A DNA stretch of 64,000 nucleotides. Origin: Mantamonas sphyraenae STR306 (lineage: Eukaryota; Protista; CRuMs). Under the pieces are notes generated by a model, which had not been told where the DNA came from, searched no databases, and saw only the letters and a list, made by a program, of their open reading frames with translations. Where the stretch lies: positions 248,001-312,000 of the forward strand of contig JAPMXV010000051.1 of assembly GCA_026936335.1 (NCBI GenBank), in the 5' to 3' direction. Within the stretch, counting starts at the first letter, position 1; the number at the start of each line of letters is the position of its first letter. Position numbers and translations under genes: made by a program. Shown here piece after piece: positions 1-15,000 of the stretch.

Positions 1-3000
1 CGGCGGTTTCGACATCGTCGTGCACAAGATGCGCGTCGACGGCTCCATCGTGTGGACGCGCATGTACGGAGATGCAAGCAAGGACGACCGCGGAGTCGAC
101 GTCGCCTTCCAATCGGACGGCACAATGGTGCTGCTCGTGCGAACCAAGGGAATCCTGCAGACTGGACACACACGAGACGGAGGCGGGTGGGAAATGGCGC
201 TGATGAAGGTCAACGAAGAGACGGGCGCAACCACCTTTGTCAAACAGTTTCACGGCTCAGAGACAGTAGCCATAGCCATGCACGTGCTTTCCACGGACAA
301 CATCATCGTGGCGTGTCACAGCAACCACATGATTGCGGGAAGCATCGAACCGCTGGACTACGACATCTTTATTCTCAATCTGCACGCCTCCACCTTCAGC
401 CAGGTGTGGCATGGGTTGATCAGAGACAATGGTGTAGAGCTGGCGTACGACTTGGCCGTGGATGAGCCACGTGGGCGGGTGTTTGTGGGCGGTTCTACCA
501 CGTCCGCACCCTTCAATGGTTATCCGAATGTCGGTGGACGGGATCTGATGTTGGCTGGCCTACACCTTGCCAATGGCACCTCCTTCTTCAAGGTTGCCAC
601 CGGGACAACGTACGACGACATCATTACGCAGGTTGCCGTTGTGCAGTCGTCGGGTGTGGTTCTGGCCGCGCTCGAAGTCGCCCAAGGGTTCCGGCCGGTC
701 CCGCCAATGATGGGCGGCGCTGCAGGCACCAACGACTTCTTTGTGGCGCTGGTGACTCCAACGACCGGCAGTGCGTTTAAGTTTGTCGGGTACGGCACAA
801 CGTCAAACGATCTTCCTTCGGCTTTGTCTGTTTCGTCCGCAAACGAGGTGTTCCTCTCGGGATACAGCTTGTCATCCATGCCCAACGGCGGAGGAGCATC
901 CAGTGGATTTGTGTCCATCAAGTTCTTGCTGTGCGATCCAGGTACCTACCAAACGGAGCTGGGCTGCCAAGCGTGCCCGGCGGGCAAATGGACATCTGAA
1001 ACCAACGCGACCACGTGCACACCATGCCTCGCAGGTACCAGTGCACCCGCAGGTTCATCGCAAAATCTGTGTGCTGAGTGTCTCGAAGGCAAGTATGCAC
1101 CTGCCGGTAGCCCATGCCTGGATTGCCCTCCAGGCCTTGTGCCCAATGCACCCAAGACAGCCTGCATCGCGGCGGCCAAGTGCGCACTCCTGCCGCAAGC
1201 AGACACAGAAACAAGGCTGCGCTACACGTTTTCCGGCCCCAACCCACAGGTGGTCAGCGAAGGGACGTACCCTGCCACTGCACTGAACCAGAACGCAACC
1301 ATCCGTGACGGCGGCTACTATTTGGCACCGGTTGCCGAGAACGACTATTACGCGTCGGAGACCTCGCTTCCTATGGCCGCTGTGACTGCGTTTACCTTTT
1401 CAATTGCAGTGATGCCCAAACAGCTGCTGATTGAGGGCGAGAAAGACTACATCATCGTGGGGTTGACGTATGCGGGCGCGTCTCCCGAGTGCTCCTCGTC
1501 TTTACCCATGCTGTCGCTGGTTCACCGCGACGACAAGCTGTACATGCAAACCAAACCGTCGTCCAATACGGGAGAGTGCTCCCGCAAAGAGCTCTACCAG
1601 TTCAAGTCGACGTCGCAGCCTGTGGTGGTCACTGCGGCATTGAATTCGAACGAGAACAAGTACTACATCTACGTGGATGGAACGTTTGTGTCCCAGCAGA
1701 CGCTGACGCTGCCAGAAATCGAGTCGTACAACTACAAGGTCCGCTTTTGGGGAGACGGGTCGGGGTTCCAATGGCTGGGCACCATTCTTGGGTACACGCT
1801 GTGGAGCTCCGAGCTGACAGCCTCTCAAGTGTTGGCCGAGTACAAGCGCTTCCTGCAGGACAAAGCGTGGGAGACGGCCTCAACCCCATTTAGCAGCAGC
1901 CTGCCTGCATACACCGTGGAGACACCCTTGCAGGTAACCAGTAACTCTGCCAAGGACAGGTGGGGTGCACGCACCGTGGATGGCATTGCTCTGGCAGCGT
2001 TGCCTGTTCACTACGACGTGCGCGTGAACGGCGTGCTCGTCACGAGTACTTGCACTGCGTTTGTTGGTGATCCGCTGACAAGCGTGACTGTCACGCCCAA
2101 GAACCCGCTCGCCATGCAAAGAGAGACACTGTCTCTACACGTCGCCATCGGGCCCGTGTACGAGCCCAGTGCGATGTACATCGAGTTGCAGCCCACACAG
2201 CTACCTCAGTTGGGCAGCACATGCTGTTTCAAGCGCACAAGCGCCCAACGCTCCTTCATTGCCAACCAGATCATTCAAATGGACGTCGAGGCACGCCAAC
2301 TGGGTGGCGCGCTGTACACGGGCCCAGAACGCATCCCGTTCCGCTGCTCCAGTTTCGGCGGCTCTGCATACCTGTACGCGTCGCGCGTGTCAGCCAGCAG
2401 CTACCGATGCAACATGGAAGCATCTTCGATGGCCCCGGGCTTGCACAGACTCAGAGTGAGCACAGAAACAGTGGACGGGCTGTTTGACATGGAAAACGAC
2501 GGCACACATGATACAGTGGTGGCCGTGAAGATGTGCACGGTGGGGACACTTGCTTCGACAACTTCCCTGGAGCTTACCAACTCCACTCCCGTCCACCTGG
2601 CACTGCCGGCAGGATTCAAGGACGAGAACGTGCCAACGTATGTGGTTGTGTACCAGGCCCCTTCTATGGGCACGATGTACCTTGATGGCAAGGCCGTGTC
2701 CAGTACCCATGCTGCGGGTGACTGTGTGTCGCTGTACGAAGTGACCTCTGCCTCGCCCCAGCTCAGGTTTGTGCCAAATACGCCTGACCAGAGCGAATTT
2801 CAGCAAGAGCAGTTTGTATACCGTGTTGTGCGTGCAGACGCAGGTCAGGACGGCCTCCCCCAGCACACATGGTGAACACAAGCGTGGACTACCGTTCTCA
2901 CAGCCCTCACGTTCCATTGTCTTCGTTCAACGTGCTGGACGTGCCCGGATCGCTGGTGATTGAGATCACAGCACGTGACGCAAGCGGGCGCGCAAACACC

Positions 3001-6000
3001 CTGAACAATTCGGCAGACGCGAAAGTGGTCTGCTCCATACGCGGAAGCCCTGACACCGTACCGGTTGTCACGCGACTCTCCGGATCGATCTACAGATGCA
3101 CAGTAGGCAGCTTTTCTGGATTCGCGGTCGTGGACGTGCGCATGTTGCAGACAACGCCATTGCCACAATCACCGGCTGTGTTGACAGTGGGTTGTCCCGC
3201 GATGAATTTGACTGTGCGTCAACGTGCGCTGGAGTATCGCATGGACCAAACAAGTGGGAACTACATCGCACAAGTTGGCAAGCCCGAATCGGATCCCACC
3301 ACGCTGTATCGCGTCAACACGACGTTTGACCTCGACTGGCGAGGAGACCACCTGCACGTAGGTGAACGCAATCGCATGAATGCCCTTGCCCCGGAGCAGG
3401 ATTTCAATTGGCAGGACATCGGCAGTGCCTATTCCTTCGAGCTGGGTTTGCGCTTGGGCACGCTGAACACCAACGGCGACATTTCGGTCATCATCGGCGC
3501 CCCAAAGACCAATGCAGACGTGCCGACATCTGCGTCTACTCGCAACTGGATGTTTGCGCAGAAGAATCTACAAGTCGTCCTGTACGCTCGCCAGGAGACG
3601 TGTATTGATTCCGCCACTGCACCTCAGAATTGCCAAGGGTACAGCACACAGGCATTCCTGACCGATGAGCAAACGCAACGTCCGACTGTGTTCACCGTGA
3701 CGTTGGACCATTTTGCCGGGCCCCCTGGGACGACGGTGTTGGTACGTCTTTACCTGGACGGAAAACTGATTGCGAATGGTGAATCCGCACGCCAAGGTGC
3801 TCTGTCATTCGAAGCAGCAAAGTTCACACTGCCAGGCTTGCTGGATCCGGCCATCGGCCAGTCTGTGGGCTGGATCGGCGATATCTACTCGGCTAGCGTC
3901 TGGACGAGCGGAGCGCTGACTGAAAACGAGGTGTACCGCTCCTACCAGCGGTTCCACCAGCTCAAGTCGTTCCGAGGGGCCGTTGCACGCACGGGAAGGC
4001 TGGTCACGGCGTCAAACACGACGACGTGGCTCAATGGCACAGCGGTGGACTCGCTGGGTTTTCAGCTCACTCATGTGCTGGTCGAGTCGCTTCCCGACAG
4101 TCTGAACCTCACCGGTGTTCGAAATTGCACCATGTTGAAGCTGGCGGATGGAGGTCTCGTGGAGGGCACAATGGCACCCCAAGCAACCGAACTGCCAGTA
4201 AGGTACCGGCTGTTCAATGGCCACACGCTGTCGGATGTATTTGAAGCTAGGCTGTACTTCACGAAACCAGGTGGCGACGTGTCGCCCGTGTTGTCACAAG
4301 TGCGCGTGCAGGGCAGCCCAAAGGTGGGCGATCCGGTGGTGGTGGACATCGACACGTTGGACACCCTTGGCCGGCCCACAGAGACGCTGTACACCGCAGA
4401 CACGGTGCTGGAGTGCTACGTGCAACACAACACTTCCTTTGCAAATTCGACTGCCGTGCGCTTGGGCGACGCGTCTTTCCGCTGTACCCTGGGTGCCCTT
4501 GGGCCATCGGATGTGTACGACGTGCGTGTGCGCATTCGTGACGGTGCCACGTTCACCAACAAGGCTCGCATCCAGTATGCGGACGTGCCAGGCACATGCA
4601 CAGCTGTACCTTACGACGGCGAACCCGATCTGCAGGACGCCTTGTGGGTGTACAAACTGGATGCAGCGTCAACGACCCTCACAAGTGTATCGGCCGGAGG
4701 TACGCAGGCTTTGACTCCGAACGGAAACGACCCGGGTCTTTCGAACGCCGGTGTGCGCGCAACATCCAACTCGTTCAACGCGAACAGCTACTTTGCATCC
4801 ACAGCAACAACTGTGCTTTCGACTGCGGGAGTGACGCTGGAGGCATCGATCGCGCAATTGGACACGGTCATGACCCCACAGTGGCTCGTAGGCATGAAAC
4901 GGTTTGACAGCTTGTCGACATGCTTCGCTGGTGTGTCTGGTGATGTCGCGATGTATCGACACGGCACAAACGTGGTCGTCCATGTACCCAAGACCGGGTG
5001 CACAGACACGTGCACGGCGCCAACGAATTGCAACGCCGTGGTCTTCCCCAACGTGTTCACTGGCGTGGCAAACGAGGTGAAACACTTGCGTGTGACTGTC
5101 GAGGTGGGCGGTGAGTGGCGCCTCTACGTAGATGGGTTCCTCGCGCAACGCGTGCCTGTGAACACGCTTGCCACTCAGGTGCAGATTACCAACGGACAGG
5201 TTCGACTTTTTGGACGCGACAGCAACGAAGAAATCGCACGAGTGGCCCTGCGGCGAGCAGCGATGTACACGAAGCCAAAGAGTAGCTGGGATTCGTGGAC
5301 CGCCTTTCGCCAGTTGCTGCACGACAAGGCCGACGTGGCGCAGGCATCGCACGGGACTCCATACACTCCGCTGGTGACCAATCTTGTCATTGTGTGCGAC
5401 ACGCCCCCGTGTGACGCGGCGATGTCGTTCAACCGAACCGAGGCGCACGCAATGGGCTACCCGTGGACTGGCATCCGTGTGGACGAGACACCCCCAGCGG
5501 CACAGGGCGTGCTGATGCAAAACGGAAAGCCTGTCGCAAGTGGCTGTGTGTTTGTTTCCTTTGCCGACGGGCCGATCGTGTTTCGTGTGGCCGAAAGCGT
5601 GTCCGTAAACCGAACCGATGCGCTCAAGGTTCGTCTCATGGCCGCCGATGCTTCGCTTACGAGCGTGATCGCCATGACAGTACGCGTAGATGCACCTCTG
5701 CGCCAGGCCAACTTTTCGAGGTCAGTGGTGGACGTGTCAACGCAGGCGGGGCGTGCAGGTACCTCTTTGCGGGTACTCGTGCGTGTCCGAGACCAATTGG
5801 GCCGCCCCACGCTGGCAAACCGATCGACAGACATCTCATTCGAGTGCGAACTTGGACGAGGAGTGGGGCGTGTGGTGGCCGTGCGCGTGAGTGGCGATGC
5901 GTACGAGTGTACCTTTGGCACTGGATTGCCTCAAGCGTACTACCCGCTACGTGTCCTACAGAATGGCTTAGAGAGTGAGCAAGGCACTGTCACGGTGAGT

Positions 6001-9000
6001 GTGGAAAACGCAGATGGCACGTGTTTTGTGCAGCAGCCCTTTTCCAAGCACTCGCCTCTGGCTGTGTTGGGCCACTTTCCATTGGACGTTGTGGATGGCA
6101 CCTTTGGTGCAGCTGGCAGCAGTGCAAACACGTTGGGCGGCGTCCAGCCTCAAGGTGCACAGGGTGGGAACATGTACACCGTTCAGCAAGGTTACGCATA
6201 TGCTACCGGGACATCCGACGCCACGGGATGGCTAGGCGAAGTTCATGCACCGCCACAGGGCAAGAGCTTCTCGGGTGTAACCTTCGAACTGGCTATGCGA
6301 CCATTGTTTGCAACCGGCTCAGACGCAGTATCTGCGCTCATGGCCTTGGTCGACATCGAGCTGGACGACGGGTTGAGCACGAGCCAACGCCGGTCAACAC
6401 GTTGCTTCTGTACACGCTGCAGGGATCAGACTTGCGCCTGCGCACAAGCCGGGGTTGCGACAGTGCGACCACGTCCACAAACTCGTCACTCTGTGACGAC
6501 GCCATCCTCGCAGATGCACTTCGCCAGGGCATGCTCGACCACTGGGTTGTGAGCGCAGGCACAGGCGCCGGTGCACAGACGCACTTTTACCGCAATGGAG
6601 TGCACGTGGCCTCGGTATCCATGAGCAGCAACGCGACCATGCGGATGGGTGCTGCTGTCCTTGCATTGGGCCGTGGTGAGTACTCACTGGAACCGCGAGA
6701 GTACGCAAAGGCAGAATGGTACACATTCTCCCTGTTTGGCAGACAGCTGGATGAACGCCAGGCCAGGGATCTGTACGACAACTTTTTGTACCGCAAGGCG
6801 TACAGTGGCATCAGCACGGCCAGTGTCCACAGCATGCGCACCGTTGACATGGACGTGAGCGTTCAAAGATACGTCAGCGTGCCCGTCCTGCCGCAGCCGA
6901 TCGCCGCCACAAGCGTGGGGCTCCTCAACAGCACCAGCACAGTGTATCTCAAGATCGAGGCGCTGGACGTGTCCGAGGGCAACGTGGTAGTGGGTGCTAC
7001 AAACGTCTCGCACTGTGTCAGATTGTGGCTGTGAACGCAAGCACAGACTCGATCGGTTTCGCAACCGTGTCGGGGCTCATCGGAGTGTACGATGTGACGT
7101 ACCGCTTCGGTGTGTCGCCTCTCACATTTGGCCCCGTCACCTACACGGTGCGGTTCAATCTCACGCGCAGTGTTCCCGTTGCGGCCCCGAACCGAATTTT
7201 GTCCAGCTTCGTGAGCGCCCTGCCTGCGTTGCGTCTAGGTCAGAACGTGGATCTGAAAGTAACCATCTTTGTCAACGATGCGCAAGGGATGCCCCTCGAC
7301 AAGTTGGCAGAGGGTGAAGATACCACGCCGTGGCAAGTGAGGTGCATTTTCCAGGAAAGTTTTGCTGGTGGTACGGTCACACAGAAGGCAGCCTTTAGTG
7401 TGGGGCGAGGCGTGTTCACATGTCCTCCGTTTGACGTTGTCACCAATTCGACTCACGTGCTGCGAATCCTCATCGTCACTCAAGCGCTCATTCCCCAAGC
7501 ACTCGTTATGGACATCGAAGACTACAATCCGAACGCCAACTTACCCATGGCCAACGCCACGGAGCTTCAAGGAAACGGTGTGTCGGGTGGACAAGCCGGC
7601 TCCGAACTTGGAATCGACGTGATCTTCCGTACGAGTGAGGGTGGTCCCGTGGCTACCGGCACAATCAACGGTGTTGTGCATGTCGAGCTTGGTGGGGCGT
7701 ACAACGGGTCGCTGGGGAGCCATACGTGGACGCAGAACCTGACAGTGACATCCGTCAGCCCTGGTCGTCTCAAGACATCGTACAAAGTCACGCAGGCTGG
7801 AGTGTACGCCGTACGGGTGCGCTACCAAGGTGTTGCCTTGCCATCAACAGTGCGCGTGGTGTCCATCCAGCCGGCGACGTTGGATGTGTACAGCGTCGCG
7901 CAGGACAGCGCAGGAGGGCAGCCACTGACGCGCAACGAAACCGTGTTGGCCGTGCGTACAAGCGATGTGTACGGCAACGCTCGCGTCCACAGCAGCGTTG
8001 CTCTACACTTAGATGGCAGCTCCACGGCAGAGGTGGCTGGAGTGGGCGGCATGCAGACGCGGGCAAGCTTCCACTTGTGGTTCAAACTCGATGCGCTTGT
8101 ACCGCATGCGGGACTGTTTTCCTACCCGGGAGGCCACACCTACGCGTATGTGGACACATTGGGCAACGTGGTGGCTCGCGTGGCTGGCGAAGTCACGCTT
8201 GTTGTCAACGCTACGCTCACTCCGGGCAACTGGCACTGGATGTCGCTGCAGTTCGACGCCACTACAGACCATGCCTCTGTGTGGATCGATGCCGTCGAGC
8301 GATCAAGTGCCACGGTGGCGTCTGCACAGATCGACGTCACTGGCCCCGTGACTATGGGCGTGGGTGGCCTGCCCGGTGCTTTGGACGAGTGGATGGTGTT
8401 CTCGAACACTTTCACGGCATCTGAAATGGGCTATCTCCGCGGTCAGATGGCAGACGACGTCCATGCCACTCTGTCGGGGTCGCTTCTGGCCGGCATCTCC
8501 TTTGACAACCCGAAAAAGGTGAGCGTGAGTGGTAGCAACGATGTGCAGCCATTCGTGGTGCGTCCGTTTGGTGTGTTCTCAAACGACGGCACTTTGCGGT
8601 TGGCCGATCAGTACACAGCAGAAGGCACACAGGTATCCGTTGAAACCAACCAGCCTCCGTACACGCATGCCGCACGTGTGAATATAACGCGCAGCGGCGA
8701 GTACCAGCTGCAGGTGTCATCGGCCGCCACGAAGCTGTCCGTGTTGTTTCCTGTGCGTGTGCAATCCGTGGAGACACAGTCCACGGCTGTGCTCAGTGCC
8801 CAGTCGAGCAACGTCACCGTGGCGGGGTTTGCGCTGCGCGCTGTGGTTGAGGCACACGATGCTCAGGGCAACCGCGTCGCAACATCCGAGTCGTTCCGTA
8901 TCAACGCGACACACGACACGTTTGGCTCGGCGGTGACACTTGAAAACAGCACAGCCACTGCGATGCCCGAACCGGGTGCGCGCCTGCTGCGTCTCCTGCC

Positions 9001-12000
9001 CATCGTTGCTGGTACATACACGGTGCGGGTGATTCGTGAGAGTGGCGCTTTCGTGTCTGCGCCATACACTGTCACAGTGCGTGCCGGTGCCTCCGTCGCC
9101 ACACAGGCGTTTGTGATGCCGACCACCTCCGTGGCAGGCACGAACGGCACGCTGTACATCCAGGAGCGAGATGTGTATCTGAACAACGCAACGCGGGCCA
9201 CACACATGTGGCAGGCAGTACTGACACACACGGCTGGCGCAGAGGTTACCGCATCGTGTCTGGCAGCAACGCAGTTTGACGATGGCACGGGCCGCATCAA
9301 ATGTGTGTTCAACGCCACTTTGGCAGGTTCGTACACGTCGAGTGTGCGCAGCAACGCATCGCCACCCGAGCTGAAACCGAACGCTGTGACTGTGGTACAT
9401 GCTGAGGCGCAATCGTGGGCCACCCTCGAGCTGTCGGGCAACATGAGGCACGGACGGATATCGTATGTAGATGCACAGGCCACCTTGCAGCTGCTTGTCC
9501 GTGACCGATTCCTGAACAATGCTTCGTTCCCTGGCCTGGCGGTGTCGCTGGGATCGCTTCCGTTGACCGTGACCTCGCCAAGCGTGGGTCTGTACAACGT
9601 CAATGCGACTGTGAGTGTGTCGGGTTCGTACCTGCTGTCTGTTTTGTTTGGGGGTACGTTTGCCCCCGGGTTCCCGCGTGCGGTGCCAGTGCAAGCCGGC
9701 GCGGTGGATGTGGCGCGATCAAACGTCACCGTGACCAATACGACTGTGGCCGGGGAAACACAACTGGCGGATCTGCGGCTTTACGACCGCTTCACCAATG
9801 TGCAACTGTGGCACGTGTGTGCTGCGTCTTCCAGGCGCGGGCTGCGGTCTGATGCAACCGCTCAGGGGTTGTCGCTGAGCGCGCCCGTGTTTTTGTCGAC
9901 GCACTTCCGAATCGAAGAGGGCTTCACCACAGACCGGTTCCAGGTGGTGATGCTTGGAACGACAAATGTCCCTCTGGAAGTGGGCGTGGTGGTATCCTCA
10001 TCAGGAAGCGTGGGTGCAATGACGCACGGCGTGCTACTGGACTCGGGAACGCCCAACCAAGTGCGTGTCGGACAGCAATACCACGTTGCCATGATGTGGG
10101 AAGGTTCAGGGGCACGGGTGCGTGTGTGGCTGGACGGTGGACAGGTTGTAGACGCAACCAGTGCCATTTTTGTTCCGGATGACGTCGCGCCGTACACGCT
10201 GACTGTGGCCGTACACGAGAACGCATTCTCAAAACGGATTGCAGTGGGCGAATTGGCCGTCTTTGACCACCTGCCAAGCATCGAGACGCGCAACCGCTTG
10301 CGCACGTTTTCCATTCTGCGCAATCCGAGTATGTTCAACACATCGGCCTGGTTGGACGCGTATACAGCCCAGGAGTGCAGTGGACCGCTGATGGCATCGT
10401 CAAAAAGCGTGTATCCCCGGCTGGAGGAAGTGGGCACGGGTGATGTCGTATGGACTGGCATGGTGCTGGGACCACGCACTGTGATGCTGGACAGCACACT
10501 GTCACACACCGCCTACGGCAATTTGTCGACCAATCCTGTTGGAACTGTGCTGTCAAATGGACGCACTGGCATCTACGTGCCGCTGACACCGACCGTGTCC
10601 GGCACGTACGAGTTCAGTGTGCGCGTGCTGAACCCGCCACAGCTCGTGGGTACCGCGTCCACGTTGACGGTGCACCCGGGGGCAGCCATGCCTGCCAACA
10701 CCAACGTGACGGGGTCTGGGGCTACAGCTGGCGTGGCGGGCGTTCAGGGCGCCTTTGATGTGTTTCTCCACGATGCGTACATGAACCAGCGTCGGGTGGG
10801 AGGCGACAACGTGACTGCGGCCCTCACCCCTGCCGCCACGCCCAGGTCACCATCATTTGTACATGCCATCGACCGACATGTTGGAACCTACAACATCACG
10901 GTGGCCAGGACGTACACCATGCAGATTCTCGTCAATGGTGTGGCATTGCCAACGCAGGTGCAACTGGACATTGGACCTGCAGCCATGCATGTGGCCAACA
11001 CGCTGCGGTACGGCAATGGGGCGACCGAGGCCGTGGCGGGTGCGCAAGCCGAGATGTGGCTTCAGTGGCGCGACGTGTTTCAAAACAACCGTACACAGGC
11101 ACCAGTGGGTCTGAATGTCGAGTTGCAGCGCGGCGGCGTACGGGTCAACGCCACAACAACGCCGCATGCACCGGGCGTGACAAGATTGAACGTCACGTTG
11201 ACAGTCGCAGGGAACTACACGCTTCGTGTCAACGCCGATGCCGGCTATGTGGACGAAGCCATGCCAGGCTCGCTCCTTGTGCTTCCTGCTGCTTCACATG
11301 CGCCCTCCTTTGTTGCATCTGGTACGGGGCTCACTTCAAGTATCGCTGGGGCAGCCCTGTCGTTTGGCATCCAAGCTCGCGATCGCTTTCTCAACGATCG
11401 CACAGCAACCACGGATCGGGGCGTCCTTTCTGCTGTGTGGACCCACCTGAATATCTCGGGCATCGCAGTGAGTGGCAACGTTTCCGCTGTGGCCCCGCCC
11501 ACTCTCGGCAGATACACCGTGTCTGCCAACCTCACTGTGGCTGGACAGTACAGTGTAGCGCTTCTTCTGGACGGACAACACGTCAGCAGCTCACCATACA
11601 TCCATGTGGTGGTGCCGAGTGTCTTTCATCCGCCGCGTAGCTCAGTTTCAGGCTCCCTTCTGGCTACAAGTGTCGCTGGAGACAAGGTGCGGAACGTCAC
11701 CTTGCAACTGCGAGATGCATACGGCAACAATCTGACGAGCAGCGACGGCGGAGTGTGGGTGGCACGTCTGATGATCCCTCCCACTACGCTTGTGGCCGAT
11801 GTATCCATGGAGTACGTTGGTGCGGGCGCGTATGCGGGCGCCATCAACGCCACACTGGCTGCAACGTACGCCATGACGCTGCGCCGATCCGATGTCGCTG
11901 TCACCACGCTCCTTGGGTCGCCTTTCGTATTTACGGTGACTCCTGACGTGGCCAACGGTCCGCAGAGCACCGTGAGCGGGTTTGGCACATCCACGTTTGG

Positions 12001-15000
12001 TTTGTACTCCACAGCCACGCTGACGGTACTTCTTCGCGACAGGTTCGGCAATGCGCGTCCCACGGGTGCCGACACGGTGAACCCGGACATGGGCAGTGTG
12101 CCTGTGACCGCAACACATGTCAGTTTGAACCGGTACGAGGTGAAGTACACGGCGTCGGTGGTAGGAAACTACACCCTGCACATCCGCGTGAATGGCGCAA
12201 ACATGGGCACATCGCCGTTTTCGGTAGAAGTGCTGTCTGCGGCCAATGTGACCAGCGTGTCGCCAGCCATTGGAAGCAAAGGCGGCGGTACTGCGCTGAC
12301 GGTGTACGGCGTCAACTTTGCCGACTCCAACTTTATGGGCGTGGAAATCGGCGCTGCGGCATGCACGGGAGTCACGTTTGTGAGCAAGAGCGAGGTGCGC
12401 TGCACGGTGCCTGCATCGGGCACTGTGGGAAACGCAACGGTGCGTGTGACAAACAATGGCCTCAACTACACAGCACACGGCGGTGTGCAGTTTGGCTACC
12501 TGGAGCAGGAGGCGGTAACATCGTTTTCGCCAACCAATGGGCGCACCTTTGGCAACGTGGACGTGACTGTGACCGGAGCCAACTTTGCCGATGTGGCTGC
12601 CCTCCGCTGTCGCTTTGGCACCGTGGTCACCTCCAGACCGACCGTGTTGAGTGCCAGTCAGGTTGTGTGTGTGTCGCCGCAGCAGGATGAGGGTTCGTAC
12701 GCCATTGGGGTGGCCAACAACGGCCAGGACTTTGTCACGGTGGCCTCCCCGCTCTTTGTGGTGGTGGCTCCGTTCTCGCCGCTGTGCCGCACCACCGACG
12801 AACTGGACGTGGGTGTGGCCGAACGCACAAACAAGGGCCTTGTATATCTTCCCAACCTGGCCCTGAATGCCACAGTCAGTGGTCAAACAGGCACGGGTGA
12901 CGGTGTAAACGCCACGGGTGTGGTTGACGCCGATCGCTGCTGCGAGAAGACAACTGCAAATCAGGCGTTCAAGTGTGGCCTTGCGTTTCCGCAGCAACAG
13001 GACAACTTGGCCAGTGTACAGGTGAGCTGGACCGCGAGGCATTCGTGAATGAGTTTGTCTTTGCTTTCTACCAAGGCTGCCGCAACCAACCGCCGGTCTA
13101 CGACGTACAGTACATGGTACCGGCGACGCAGGTGTGGACGACAGTTGTGCAGCGCACGACCAAGCAGACGACATTCAGCAGCGCCACACAGCAGCCCTGC
13201 TTTGTCGTGCCGTCGGATGTGAACGATGTCTCGCTGTGCCTTGATTTCCTTACGAGTGAGATCCGTGCACAGCATTTCCGCCTACGCTTCAACAACAGTC
13301 AACCTGTGATGGGCGTGGTGCCCACAACCACAGACGGTGGCTGGCTGTACGAATTCGAGGTACATGGCAGATTTGTGGACACGCCAGTGGCACTTGAAGT
13401 CATCCACAACTTCACCGGCACTGCCGCCGTCTCTGCGGCTTCCAGTACGCCGCTACCTGTGTTTGCTGCACGGACACTCAACCACCAGGGACAGGCGATT
13501 GGTGCAAATGATACGGTGACTGTGTGGGCTGCCGTCACACTGCAACGCGATGGTGCTCCAGGTGTAAACCTGACGTCGACGTTCCTGAACAACTCGGCAG
13601 TGCTGCTGGGCAACAGCGGCGTTGCCAACCTGACAAACATGCAGTTGTTGCTTCCCGTGGCACCGGACACGTACACGCTGACCATGTACACAAACAACGG
13701 CCTGCCCGCCGTTCAGGCCCAGATTGCCGTTGTGCCGGGCGTACCTACACGTGTGGAACTCACGGGAGTCACCGATATGACGACGTACCTGAGCGCCGAT
13801 CCTGTGGCGCTGGCCGCACCCCAGGTGTACCTGCGCGATGTGGCAAACAACCGTGTGGGAGTGCACCAGTCCACCAGCGTGAATGTCACCGTGAGCATGA
13901 ATGGCACAGCCGGTGTGTTGGGTGGCAATACCACCCTGCAGGTGTTCAACGGCGAGGTGCTGGCCACGGGTCTGCAGCTGAGCAAACCCGTGTCTGGGGT
14001 GTACAGCTTGCGTTTGACGGTCCTGGCATACAGGGTGCGTCGTGGTTGATCCGTGTGCTGCCTGGTGACGGGTATGCCTTGCGGGTGGTGGCCAACACAG
14101 GCGTTGATCACAGCAGCTATACGACAAAGAGTGTAGAGGCTGTGGGGACGGTGTTGGTGGAGCTCGTGGACGTGAGTGGTACGCGGACGACTCGGGGCGA
14201 TGGCCTGCAGGTTACTGCGTCTTTGAACAGCTCCAGTGTGGTCCTGACGGGTACAATCACAAGGACTGTATCGAACGGAGTGGCCAGCATGCAGGGTCTG
14301 TCGATGGTGGTTCCCCCTCGCGGTGCGATTTCACTGCTGTTGACTGCGCCCTCATCCACTGGTATTCACAATACTTCTCAAGTGTTGTTGGTGGGCCAAG
14401 GCACGGCTGTGTCTGTGCGTGCACAGATCCAGGGAAGTGCCGTCGTGCCAGCCAGTGTGTTGACCAACGTGCCGGCCTTGAACGTCGATTTGCTCGATCT
14501 TGCAAGTCTACCGGTTACGGGCGGTAGTGTGGTCATCATCAAGGTGTTGAGGCTGAATGCTTCCGTTTCCGGGTCTGGGTTTAGTCCGACGTCGTATTTC
14601 ACCAGCAACGGCGCTGTGGTGATCGGCACGCTGCAGCTTCAGACACCACGCGCGGGTTTGTATGCATTCGAGGTGCAAGCAATCGGTCTGCAATCGTACA
14701 CCGTGTCTGTCCAAGTCACGTTGGGTGCTGCGTATGCTTTGCGTGTCACATCCCCTTCCACGGGCGAGGTGAGCGTGCGCACTCAGCCGCTGGCAGCTTT
14801 GGGCACAGTGCAGTTGCACCTGGTCGATGGCGGTGAAAATAGCCTGGCCAACGTGGACACCCAGAACCGCACCCTCGTGGTGGACAGCATCAACGCAAGT
14901 GCGGTCATTGCTCCTACCTCCTCTCCGATCATGATCAACGGCTCTGCGGAACTGTCTTCCATTGCGCTGGTGCGCCCTGCACACGGCACCATTGTCGTGC